From: Trypethelium eluteriae
Lineage: Eukaryota
Reading direction: 5' to 3'
DNA: 64,000 nucleotides
Assembly (NCBI GenBank): GCA_051942245.1
Contig: JAVECL010000062.1
Coordinates: forward strand, 1-64,000
Within the stretch, counting starts at the first letter, position 1. Each line of letters begins with the position of its first letter. Below are positions 1 through 11,686 of this stretch, piece by piece. A program made the translations under genes and the position numbers. The notes below the pieces were generated by a model. It had not been told where the DNA came from. It saw nothing but the letters and a program-made list of their open reading frames with translations, and made no database searches.

Positions 1-385
1 GCGCGGCCCTCGCGGCGCCGGTCGACCCTTCCCCCCTGGTGGCAATATCGGCGAGTCGGATCTGTATCCTGCGGGACTGGGACCACATGATCCGATTAGA
101 GGTGGTGTAGGGCCTGGTTTTGGAGGGATGGGTGGAGGTATGCATCCTACATTCGATGATCCTTTGTTCGCGGGAAGGCGAGGGGGAGAGCGAGGAGGAC
201 TTGGTGGATATGGGAATGCACCGCCGGGAGCACGGTATGACCCAGTAGGTCCAGGAGACGCTCCGATGGATCGGGGACGGATTCCACGAGGGCCGGGAGG
301 TGGTGGGTTTGGCGGACCCGGCGGAGGGTTTGGGGGTCGGCCTCCAAATCCGTTTTCGGGCTTTGGAAGTGGCGACTTCATTTGA
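1..385 (+). CDS. Proteasome inhibitor PI31 (PSMF1/Fub1-like), C-terminal part; 5' end lies outside the window
   Basis: Frame is open from position 2. It gives a Gly/Pro-rich tail with the PI31-type motifs IGESDLYP, GGMHPTFDDPLF and PPGARYDPVGP; stop at 383-385. Confidence 0.8.
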   Translation, partial: RGPRGAGRPFPPGGNIGESDLYPAGLGPHDPIRGGVGPGFGGMGGGMHPTFDDPLFAGRRGGERGGLGGYGNAPPGARYDPVGPGDAPMDRGRIPRGPGGGGFGGPGGGFGGRPPNPFSGFGSGDFI

Positions 386-1051
386 AGAGGGCAGGATCAT
401 GGAGCAGTAACACTGACGGGGAAATTTGGCGGGCAGGTGTTCTCATGGAGTTTGCGCAGTCAGAAGAACTAGGCTAGAGACGATGGCATGCATTACGGTA
501 CGAAACTTAGGTGGGACAGCTATAGTGTACGATCAATGTACTCATAACTCCGCAGAGGTATTTACTTACGTCAGTCAAAGAAGGAATCTTCCATGATTTG
601 GTATACTATGGCGCGCCCCTGCCGCTACTGACTTTTTGCGTCAGAGCGAACACTATGGTAGTAGCCGAATCCGTCCACGAATCGCATGGCATTCTGACTA
701 TGGATTGCAATACGGCCAACCTACATCATGCAGGCCAGTAGGAAATAGCACCAGAGGAGTTGGCAGCCTTATACTGGCCACCAATGATTGCGGTGTCGTC
801 TTGTCGCTACTCCATTACACGCTGTTGGTTTTTTTTAATGATAGATTACATTAAGATTTGCTCGAATAATCTACATAGATATTCTCCATCTCACAGGATT
901 CGGTTTGTAAATCATTGCTTCACGCTGAACCGCAAAGATGCTGCCTGTAAATGCTCATGAATGCCGGAAAGTCTATCATCACCACTAGTGACGCAACTCC
1001 ATCTTTGAACTGCGGAGTTCTGCGGAGTTCTTTATATCCCTTCTCACTAAC

Positions 1052-2998
1052 TTAAACCATACCATCTTTTCGTGACTCCAAAGGCCTCGACGCGCTTGTC
1101 ATCAGCCAAGCCTCCACAGTCCCACCCCACACCTTCTCCAGTGCCATTTCGCCTGTCCTCGCAGCTCCAGCATCACGATCCCGATACACACTGTCGACTT
1201 TGCGCACATCCTCAGGACTCAGCAACCACCGCCTCTCTTCCTCGACAAACCGAACGTAGCTCATCCCCGCAAAACGACGCGCCACATTCTGCGCGAGCCG
1301 TTTGCCCGCCCGCTCCTCGAGGCGACGCATGCACATGCCATTCGTCGAGTCGCCGAAGCCCTTCGAGGTGGGCAGAATCGAGCGGGCGGAGAAGTGGAGG
1401 AGAGTTTCGGAGTAGGAGACGGCGAGGAAGAGGCGGGCGAGACCGCCGGCGCTCTCCGCCAGCGATTCGTCACTTCCTTCGGAAACGGGGGTCATGCACG
1501 CGAGGGCCCAGCTCCGATTGACCACGGCGTCGGGAGTTGGCGGGATCGCCGTCGAGCCGAGGTCGAGGTACTCGAGGTGGGGAGAGTGGGAGATGAGGGA
1601 GACGAGGGTAGGCACGACGGAGGCGGTAAGATAGTTGTAGCGGCTGTTGAGATCTTCGGTTGCAGAATTCTGGCTGACGTCGAGGGTGCGGAGATTGGGA
1701 TGGGGAGTGAGGGAGGTGAAAAGGGAGATGGCTCCGCTGTCTTTGAGACCGATGGATTGGAGGGAAAGCCGGCGTAAGGAAGAATTCGTGGAGAGCTGGG
1801 AAGAAAGGGCATTGATGCCGGCATCCCCAAGGGGGTTGTTCGATAGATAGAGGGATTCGAGGGCGCAGCTAGCCACCCCAAGGAAGCGTGAGATTTCCGC
1901 GGCTGCTGAAGCACCTATACCGTTGGCATTGAGGTAGAGGTGACGGAGAGGAAGAGGCTTGATAGGGTTGGCTTCTGCGAAGGCGCTGAGCTCTTTGAAA
2001 ATTGTTGCCACACCAGCATCGCCGAGCTCTGTTTGGTCAAGGTCGAGGGTTCGGAGATTCGGGGTCTGAGTAATGAGACGAAAAATGTCGTGTGCTGACC
2101 ATGGCCCGAGAGGATTGCGTTTGAGCCAGACATTCGTAATTGTCTCGGATGTGACCAGACTGTTGACAAGCGACTTGAAGCTCGATTCATTAATGCAATT
2201 GCCGGCAAGGTACCATGTCTCGATCTTGTTTGGATGGTCCCTAATAAAGCTTGCAACCTCTTTGGTTCCAGAAGGGCCAATGATGTTATTACCGAGCAGG
2301 AAATGCCGTATGAAATCGTTTGAGTGTAGGCTATCCATAAGATCGCCAATATGTGGTGGTCCGACGACCAGTTTACATAGATCAAGACGGCGATCCTCGT
2401 AAATAATCCCTTTCTTGAACTCGGTAAATCGAGTTCCGTAATGCGGTTCTTCTCCTTCAGTAGCTCCATCCAATGACGAAGGCATAGTATCCAGATTACT
2501 GCGGAGGTGTTGGAAGAAAGGTTTAAGGTCCTCTTCGTCGCTAATTTGTACAGGCATCGGCAAGCTTGGAGTCCCTCGCAGTGAGAGCTGATCTCCATGT
2601 TCGTCCCATGGTCCTTGTTTGCCAATACGTGTGGTCCATTGAAAACGCGCATTGCTTTCGGTAGCTTGAGCAATTCTAGCTTTCCGGTTCTCCTTGACGA
2701 TGCGGCGAAGGTCAAGAACTGTCTCCTCGTATTTGATTATTGGCGTGAGAGAGTCAGCAGGTGAGTCGGAAAATATGATTGCCGCTGTTTCATGAGCGAG
2801 AGTAGCATCGCCGGTATCAGCAGAACGGCGTCGTGGTGCTCCCAAGATTTCATCATCTATGTCTGGGCGTACGGCTTGGTTAGCCTGAGCGTTGTGTGAG
2901 TGGCATTTCGCGAGGTTTGCCGTGATCAGGGTTGCCCATTTTTGAGCAGCGGGGGACGAGACCTTGGATGAGGAAGCCTCTAATGTTTTGGAACCCAT
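1052..2998 (-). CDS. RNI-like leucine-rich repeat protein
   Basis: Intronless ORF with first plausible ATG at 2998 (MGSKTLE). Repeated LxxLxLxxNxIG units, e.g. LRTLDLDQTELGDAG, LRHLYLNANGIG, LESLYLSNNPLGDAG. Confidence 0.85.
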   Translation of the reverse strand: MGSKTLEASSSKVSSPAAQKWATLITANLAKCHSHNAQANQAVRPDIDDEILGAPRRRSADTGDATLAHETAAIIFSDSPADSLTPIIKYEETVLDLRRIVKENRKARIAQATESNARFQWTTRIGKQGPWDEHGDQLSLRGTPSLPMPVQISDEEDLKPFFQHLRSNLDTMPSSLDGATEGEEPHYGTRFTEFKKGIIYEDRRLDLCKLVVGPPHIGDLMDSLHSNDFIRHFLLGNNIIGPSGTKEVASFIRDHPNKIETWYLAGNCINESSFKSLVNSLVTSETITNVWLKRNPLGPWSAHDIFRLITQTPNLRTLDLDQTELGDAGVATIFKELSAFAEANPIKPLPLRHLYLNANGIGASAAAEISRFLGVASCALESLYLSNNPLGDAGINALSSQLSTNSSLRRLSLQSIGLKDSGAISLFTSLTPHPNLRTLDVSQNSATEDLNSRYNYLTASVVPTLVSLISHSPHLEYLDLGSTAIPPTPDAVVNRSWALACMTPVSEGSDESLAESAGGLARLFLAVSYSETLLHFSARSILPTSKGFGDSTNGMCMRRLEERAGKRLAQNVARRFAGMSYVRFVEEERRWLLSPEDVRKVDSVYRDRDAGAARTGEMALEKVWGGTVEAWLMTSASRPLESRKDGMV

Positions 2999-5900
2999 GT
3001 TGAAAATGATTTGGGCGAAAAAAAGTTTTCTGGGGTCATGAAAAGGTACAAATATCTGAAGACTTAGGGAATCTTGGAGTGGCAACGAGCCAAGCTGTGA
3101 CTCTGCATAGTGAGGAAGGAACCCCCCGGTGATTATGGAGGAAGGCAGGACCGGACTGGTTCAGACGCAGCAGCTTCATGTCTCGGCATTTACTCGACAT
3201 CCACAAAAGCCACATAGATCTCTTGCCTCTGTTATGCCGCTAGTTTGTATCATTGCTGAGCTTCGCATGGGTTATTCTAGGGCATGCGTCGTTGGGTAAG
3301 ATCTTTGGAGATAGACCCTCAAAGATTCAGCTCACATTGGTTTGCCTTCGGCAAGATGCTGTATATGACACTTGAGCAGTGGTGTTCGAGTGTTCCGGTA
3401 TAAAGCTCCACTATGATGTTGGATGTAGAGGAAGAGGGGAGGCGAGTTCCTCGAACCGTACCTCTACGTTCCAGGATACTCTACAGCATCCCTGTAAGGG
3501 ACGGGGCCGGCTCGCCAATTGGAGAGATGGAGTATTAAACATCTCATACGAGTCAACTCGTCGAAGTATCAACCCAAGACCCTAAAATTGGAAGAAAATG
3601 GGAAAAGAGGGAGGCGAAAGATGGATCGTTGTTTATAGCCTACTTCTGCGCCCTGCAAGTCTTCAATACATTCCCGAGACGACGGTCACAGCCCGCCACG
3701 ATTGTTTAGCCTTTTCTCACAAATGATGGAAGATTGCTAAGCCATTTGTATACTACAAAATGACGATGTTCAATCAAATAATCGTACTTTTTGCGCCCCT
3801 GAATGCGCTCAGGTGAAGGCATAATTGAGCTCTATTGCTAGTTGCGTACATGAAGCCGCCACCGGCACATCATTTCAGAGCCAAAGGGCAAAGAGGCATG
3901 AGAGTATTTTTCTAAAATTCGAGCTCGGTTGCTTTTCTCTTCTTAATTCGGGATCGAGCTCGGTAAGTCATCTAGGAAAGATGCTATTCTCATGCAAAGC
4001 CCAAAAACGGTTCAGAGTGGTGTGAAATCTCCGAGGTATAGAGTATCATTCGACACTGCATCTTGAACGTACAGAGCATATAAAGTTGCTGACTTGGTTA
4101 TTGAAGAGCCATGTGAAAAGATAAGTTTCACAGAGTATGATACAGTACTACTCATGCCAACCGCTCGCCTACATGCATAGGCGCACGGTAGCGGTAAAGT
4201 AACATGATAACCGCTGTAGGCGCGTTCTATTCATTGCTAGGGTCAGCATCTGCATCCAGACAGGGGTTGACGAGGATTTGTGCATCAATTAGCTGAGGTC
4301 GGATTCATGGCCGTTGTGATAGACTTTTAGTAGTCGAGGATGCTAGCATAGCAGGTTGCCTGAGTTGAGGCTGGCTGAATCGTCATCCGAATGCTCCGTC
4401 AAGTACAGGACTATCGCATTAATGACGGCAAGCAGACCAAGGGAGACTGCTAGCAAAGCAGATCATATCTTAGAAGAGCTCGTGGCTCACATATGGTCGG
4501 CGCTGAGCTTTCCCTCCATTGCGAAGAACCGTTCGTCTCATTCTCGGTGCGCCATCCTTCGGCCACAGCACGCCTACATGTAAGCTTCGCCTTCTAGAGT
4601 ACAGTAGGTATGCGACTATAAAAGCCGAATGACGTGGCACTATCCCTTCATCTCCTAAGGAACAATTCAGTGTATGAGGGGCCTCGGACTTAGAAGTTTG
4701 AGCTATCGTAGCTGTAGAAATCAGGACCATCCTAGTAGATTCGTAATTATCTAGTGATTGATCTTAGGAAGCATTAGAGGTTCAATTACCATGACCCAAA
4801 ATCTACTCTACTCAACTCATGTATTGGGGGGTTTGCCAATTCGCAATAGCAATGCACGTCATTCAAGACGTCGGCAAAGTACAACCGGAATTTAAGAAGG
4901 TACCGCAATTTGTGCATTATTGCCACCAAACCCCGAGCTCGTTGGGGAGATGAATATCCTGTAGAAGTTTTGGTAGATCTTGGCTAAGTGCTTCGATCGA
5001 AAGCTCCCATGTCTTGATAAAGGCGACGAGACGGATGAGATAGCGTCGCTGGCTGAATCGGTGACATCGAACGCTTGCGAGTGAATCGAGAGGAGGAAGC
5101 CTGATCCACTAGTTTATTTTTTGGGACACATTGCATCTACTTGGAGAGAGAGGAAGGGTGAGATACTGATGCTGCAATGGAAGTGATAATTGCTACCTGT
5201 AGAAAAAGATTGATGAAGGATTGATTGAGAATAGTAGAAGGTACACATTACCTTAATTGAAAGATACTCAATGTCATGGGGAAACGTTCCTCACGAAGTA
5301 AAGTCTAGCTTGACGGCTATGACGAGAACATTGCGAGAGGCGATCGCATTTACCAAGAAGCCGGCCATAGGCAAGCCCCGCGATAGAGAAGAATTCGAAA
5401 TGGTGTCCTCCCTTCGCGGACTCCGCGGCACAGAGCCCCAGAAGGGGGCTGGGGGCAATCCCTGGAAACAACGTGGTGAATGGGTAAGGTGGCGCGCTGA
5501 ACGGATATGAAACGGCAGCACCCCCCAACCCCCTGTCATACAACTGTTGCAGAATTGGGTGCTAAGAGATGAATTGCGACTTTGTTTTTTGAACTGCAAG
5601 TTGCTATGACCTGCAGTCAGCTCCGTCACGTATGGCTGCGCGGTGACGTCTCTTTTCAGTCAAGCGTCTAGATTTGCGGCTACTCCAGCGGAGTTGGGTC
5701 CTCTTACAGGACCCAGAAACACTAGTCTGCCACTTATCCATGCCTCAGCTGTCGCAATGCCGGAGAAAATTACGGATACCAGCGCCATCGATCCAATTTG
5801 GTTGAACAGGGTTGACAGACGATCGTGATCGCTCTGCGACGAGAACGGTATCGTTCGTTCATGGTACTGTCCGGAGGCAGGAATCAACGTACGTTCTTGG

Positions 5901-6445
5901 TCAAGGGAAGACAGGGATACAGGGATCTTAGGTAGCTCAGCTTTAGCTATCGGCTTCGTGCCAGAGACTTTTTGATTCCAATGTGGTGTTTACGTGATCT
6001 GCCATCTCCAACTTAGAGTATTCGGTGGGAATTCGGAAAGCGCCACGGATAGAGATTAGTGGTATGATGACCAACCTGGTACAAATGGCGAGTCAGTGAT
6101 ATATCCGTCCGGTGCGTCGGTAAATTGAGCAGACCCATCAGATCTCGTCCGACCAGAGTAGCGCGACGAAAGGATCCCCACGTGTCTTCCCGCCCTGAGC
6201 GAGTCCAGTGGCGATCTGTCGAATGTACAATTTCGGCGACTGCCCGTCAGCCTTATTTTACCGCTCATGACTCGAACATTGCGGCATCAAGGCATTGTAG
6301 CGCCTTCCTCCGTAGTTATCGTAATTATTCTGGCACAGACCTAGTGCGTCGATTAGTCGTACACACAGTAATTACGGTATCTCCGCCCGATGAGGTCACG
6401 CAGGAGCATCTGCATGTCGTTCAATCCAGCTAGAACAAAAAGATG

Positions 6446-6482
6446 AAAAAAAAAACTAAAAAAAACTAAAAAAAAAAAAAAA
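6446..6482 (+). repeat. Interrupted poly(A) tract
   Basis: Three A runs separated by two CT dinucleotides, in a long intergenic region. Confidence 0.9.
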
Positions 6483-9395
6483 CACATCTGTGGGCTGCAT
6501 CTATCAGTCGGAGCTGCGATGAATTGTAGACTGTACCTAGTCTCATCGAGATCTTGTGCAGGGCATCATTCATTGTGACGGTAGCGGACGGGCACTGAAA
6601 GACAGTAAAGCCTTTGTCGCGTTCTTCAATCCACTGCAAATTCTGGATAATATGCATGTGTATTAACATATTGCCAGGTCCAGTGACGAGTGAAGGACTA
6701 CTCCCCATCAGCCGTTGGTTTCAATGCCTTAAGCTAGGTGAAGTTGAGATTGAGGTCTGACTGGCCTGGCTAAGCTGAAGGCAGCTTCCGCTAATCTGGC
6801 TTCACGATTCATTCAAGGAGACTAGAGAGCGCGCGCAGATGTGGTGCAACCGAGATATAGATTGGCGTGGATTGGGATTAGCATAATGGTGGCGTTGTGC
6901 AGCTCGGGCCATGAGTTCCGGGGTTAAAAATTTCTTATACTCTACAGACTTTTCGCCGCTTTTAGCGATGATCGTCAACGTTCACAAGGCCATGCCGCAA
7001 GCTGCTGGCTGAAAAATCCCATGCAATAGCCGTCTGCATCTGCCCTGGTCGTTCCAACGTCTATACTGAACCTGGGGATTAGGGGATCCATACGGGGGAA
7101 TATTGAGCCGCCGGAGACGGCCGTAGCGGATTCAGTGACCAGCTGTGGTGCTGAATCTAGCGATCAGACAGATTAGCCACCGATCGAAACCCTCCTGCCC
7201 AATGGCATTGTCATACAATCAAGCACCAAAAGGAGAAACCGGGCAAGTCTAGCATCGAGCCTCCGCACCTTGCCTGCTCTTCAATAGATTAGCAATCCCG
7301 AAGCAGTTCCGGAGTGCACAAGAAGTCAGGCCACTGCTTGTGTACTCGGATCTTATTTGCTTGAATGGGGAATTGACAGATGGGATTGTCCCTATTTGTG
7401 GCATCAGCTCCAGGCTTTCACGCTGTCATTATAGCTGGTGGCAACGGGGATGTAAATAAGCTTAAATCTCAGCTGTGTGGCACAGATTCCTGTAGCCAAT
7501 GAGGAAAGGGAGACATAATTCGTGAAACCAGAGGGCGATCCGCATGGCTCAGTCAGTCCGTGAGTGGCTGGTGCCCAGCTGGGCGCTTAGGCGGTCCGCA
7601 CATACCTGTTTGTTGAGAGATTTCATTCGCTGTTGAACGTCCAGTGTATATCGGTACTTCTCCACAGTGTCCTTATCCAAAATAGGAAAATGGTAGGAGG
7701 GTTTTGAATGGGAAAGAGCTACGGAGATGCCGACTCTCCACACGGAACAGGATGAGAACTTTCCACCTTTCCATCTGTACTATCAGAGTTTTGAGAGAAG
7801 CTGTTGGTCTTCCTCATCTGACTAGTCAGAGGATGACAGGATGGCGACAGCTGTTGCTGATTGTGTCCAGGCTGAGAGAGAGGTTCTGACGCGCAAAGCA
7901 CCTCAAGGACAGGGATCCCACGTCACTCTGCTTGCAGAGAAGAGATTGTGCATCGGGTCGGCTATTGACGCGCTCTCCGAGCTCGATTAATGCCGGTCGC
8001 GGCAAACTGGGGGAGAGCAGCTACCTTGTGTAGCCGAGGTGTCAAGTAGACTAGCCGCATGTCCTATGTAACAAGTAACAAGATCCCACGCATTGCAGCT
8101 TCTGGGCTGCAGTCAGCGTGCAGTGGCATCGATCGCGAGGGTCCCAGATACTACGCACGGTAGGGAAGAGATTTCGAGCCAAATTCGCAGACGGCGTCCG
8201 GAAGGACGGGAGCACGGGGAGCTTGGCCGGCCGTTTTGACGCTGGTTGGCGGCAGCGCGGGTGTGGACCCGCAGAAGGCTTAGAGATTAGCTTGGAGGCC
8301 ACTATGCGTTAATGCTTGACTAAGGGCGCATCCGCTGCGTGCTAGGTGCGGAAGTCTAAATAAACGGGCGCTTCCCGAGCTCCTGCTCCCTGGTCATACC
8401 CACGCTATGGTACAGTACTAGGGCAACGCCCTACAACGCCATTAGGCCTTAGCGCTGGATCTGCCCCTTGTCTGTTACCATCTTTTCTCCCACACCTCTC
8501 CTCCCATACCGACTATTTCCTACAATTCCTAGGAGTTACGGCTGGAGATGTTTTTTTACGGCGACAGCTGAATCCGAGGATCCATCCAAGTGCAAACCTT
8601 GACTGTGCCGGTGTCCGGGCATTGGTAGACGAAGTTCTCCTCGCGCTTCGTTCACAAACTTACCTTCGTCACCTCGCCGCTAGCCTGCATAGACGCTCGG
8701 ACAAGCATGCGGGGTAATGGCCCGTCTATCCCACTCGGTCGGCATCAGGTACGACGACCATTGTCCTTGTGAGGTCTAAAGACACTTGCAACGACTGCCA
8801 TTGTTACACCAACCGGGTCCCGACTATCTCGCTTCTTGCGGCAAGGTGCATTTACGAGCGTCTGCTGAACCGCGATGTCGAGAATTTTTTTCTCGTCGGG
8901 CGTTGCAGGCTGGCTCGTGAATTGAGGGTGCCGAGTGCGCTGAGTGGCGGGCGGAGCAGCAGCAGCTTTACTAATGCGCTGCTTACATTTTAGAATTTAC
9001 AGAGCTCCGCGTGAGATTGCCTGCAGCTGAAATGCTTCTGAAACGGGATACTAAATGCCAATGATTGCTGGGAATATCAAATAACGAACGCTATCATCAA
9101 CCAATCAAGCAATGTACGCACAGCTGGATGCTTCCCGTAAAAGTGTACGAGTAGGTGATCTTCACAATGACTGAACGCTCAAAAAGGAGGATAATTGCCA
9201 CACCATGGTATCGTGCGAAAAAGGACACAGGCCACCCAAAAATGATCCAATGAAATGCTGAAACGCTGCAGAAGTCTATATTGGTGCATGCAAAGCGGAA
9301 GATCCTCTCGCCCCAAACCTGAAGGATCATAAAGCTCCATTCATATGCATTGCACTCCTATCAACTCGCCCTGACTGTCTCAATGATCCAGGACA

Positions 9396-10753
9396 TCAAC
9401 GGTTAGTAGGTTGCCTTGGAGAATCTGCCACGAGGGACGGAGCTGACAGCTGAGAGAGCTGCACTGCCGCTTCCTCAGTAAGGGAGCGCCCTTGACGAGG
9501 GGGGCTAGAGTGAGTCGAGGATCTGGAGACGCTCTTCTGGGGCGGTTCGCGGTGCTTCAAATCAAATCGTTTCGAGCAACCATCTTCCTCATGCCTATAA
9601 TGGATTTAATAGATGCTTCGTTGGGAAACTGAAGTATGATGAGCTGACCTTCTAAGAGTATCTTTGCGCGCGAAGCCTTGCTCGCAAAGCACGCATACCC
9701 AATCCTTGGATTTAACGTGAACCTAAGTAGAAGATTAATACCATATGATTGGAGTTCCGTACATGCTCTTACGCTTTGAACATGCCTTGTGAGATCTGTC
9801 TTCCTCACAAATTCGCGAGAACATCCCTCGTGTTCACATTTGAACGGCTTTTGTCGGTTGGGGTCATGAGTCTCTAGGTGTGCCTTCAAATTGTAAGGGC
9901 GCTCAAAAGGCATATCGCAGATGTCGCATAGCCAATTCGCGTTTTCTCGTGGAGTCCTCCTCCGCTTAGTAGTCCCACGTTTTGATTCTTCGATGGTCAA
10001 GCGAGGTGATTGCTCCATAAAAGCATCATCTCGACCATGTTTGCCAAGGCCAGAGCCGGAGGGTGTCGGAAGACGGCTCTCCTGAGGGGCGGGAGACTGC
10101 ACTACTGATCGAGGATCGTATATGACGCCAGGAGATATAAATAATTCAGGTTCTGTCGAAGTTCCTCGTGGCGGGAACTCTGGTTGAGAATTGCTCGTCC
10201 AATCCAAGGGATCTTCCATTTTAACACTTTGCTGCGAGAAGAGACTCCCCGCGCGTTCGAAGCGGTAGGACTCAGATGACGGGTATGAGGCGGACGAGTA
10301 GGATCCGGCTTGGGAAGACGGCATACTCTGAGGAATCTGGCTCGGCATTGGGGAAAGTCTCTGGTAGGGTCCAGACTGTGATACTGGAGTGGGGAAAAGA
10401 AGGTGGTCATTTCCAGAAGAGTCTGTAATGTGGAAGTGGGAGAACGGATCGTACGCCTCTTCCCAACTCTTTCCACGTTCCATTTCATCACTCTCAGTAT
10501 TCGTGTCGAGCATCAGTGTAGATGTCGGATCCCACATCGGTCTTGAGAGATAGGATAATGCGTGTGCCGGGCCAGGGCCCTGGGTTTGGGGCATGGCCAT
10601 TGTGCTCGTGTAGAATGACAGACCAAGTCCGGCAGGGTGTGACACGGAGAGCGGCGATTGCGTGGCAGCAGCGCCCACGTATGATTCTCGACTACAGGAC
10701 GACGAGCACGTTGGTGTCGGGTGCTGGGAAGACGATGGGTACCTTTGAGTCAT
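9396..10753 (-). CDS. C2H2 zinc-finger transcription factor, 3 exons
   Basis: Fingers CDICDMPFERPYNLKAHLETH and CEHEGCSREFVRKTDLTRH. After GT-AG introns (~9723-9772, ~9595-9648) it continues VHVKSKDWVCVLCEQGFARKDTLRRH and ends ...RQPTNR* at 9396. Confidence 0.85.
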
Positions 10754-11686
10754 GGTGAGGTCGATGCTCGAAGTGTTGGTTCAGAACAGATAGGAAAGAA
10801 AAATCAAGCGTATGTTGAGAGATAGAAGAAAATCCCACGAGATTAATAGTGAGCGAAGAGAGATGGGGGATACCTTTAGCGAGAATTGGTCGTAGTGTTT
10901 CAATGGCGTAAACAAGCTCCGGAATATATGGCATGGAGATTGGGGAGGGGGGCTGTTCAAGAATCTGATCTAAGGAAAGCAACATGGATCGCCAGTGGTT
11001 CTTGTAGAGGTGCGGCGGTGCCATTGAGAGGTGATGAGGTGAGTTTGCACGAGGCAGCCTTGCAGCCCCGGTCCAGGATCATGGCCTATCCGTCGGTCTA
11101 GGATCATAGCATATCCGTCGCTACCAGCTTGGCCGTCAACGTGGAGACGCGGGCGGCAAAACATGGCAGCTCGAGCAGGGGTAGGGAATGAGGCTGCGTT
11201 GTATAGCGTGCAGGGAAAACAACAGGCCTGAATTAGCGGTACCTGCCAGCGCCGAGCAGCAGTGCATGCTGGGCAGGTGCCCAGGTCCTCTGGCTTAGCA
11301 CTAACCACCCTCTCACCCTCTCACGCTCTGGTGATTTTGCTGCGCTGACCACCTGCAGGCATCGACGCTAGCGCCACCCGCCGGAACGGAACGCTAATAC
11401 AGTCAATCACATCTTGCCGCAAGCCGCCAGGCCGCGCACACGCTCGTGCACCTGCAGACGGCGCGTTTCTGCCTGGTTGCCCGCGCTTGATAATACTGTA
11501 TCTTCTCTGTGGGGGTGCGTGAAGGGAGGGGTGGATCAACAACGCAACTCGCAAGTGTCGCCGTCGTGCCGCCCACGCGCCATATTTGCAGCCAGTTCTC
11601 AGCCTACCTACCTAGGCAGGTACGGAGTATCTAGCAGCAGGCATCGCCTGGCAGACCGCTCTTTTGCACCGATTTCATAAAAGCCG

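Noticed and set aside
11076..11123. Imperfect 25-bp tandem duplication upstream of the C2H2 gene
   Set aside because: Only two units, probably slippage; no function can be supported.
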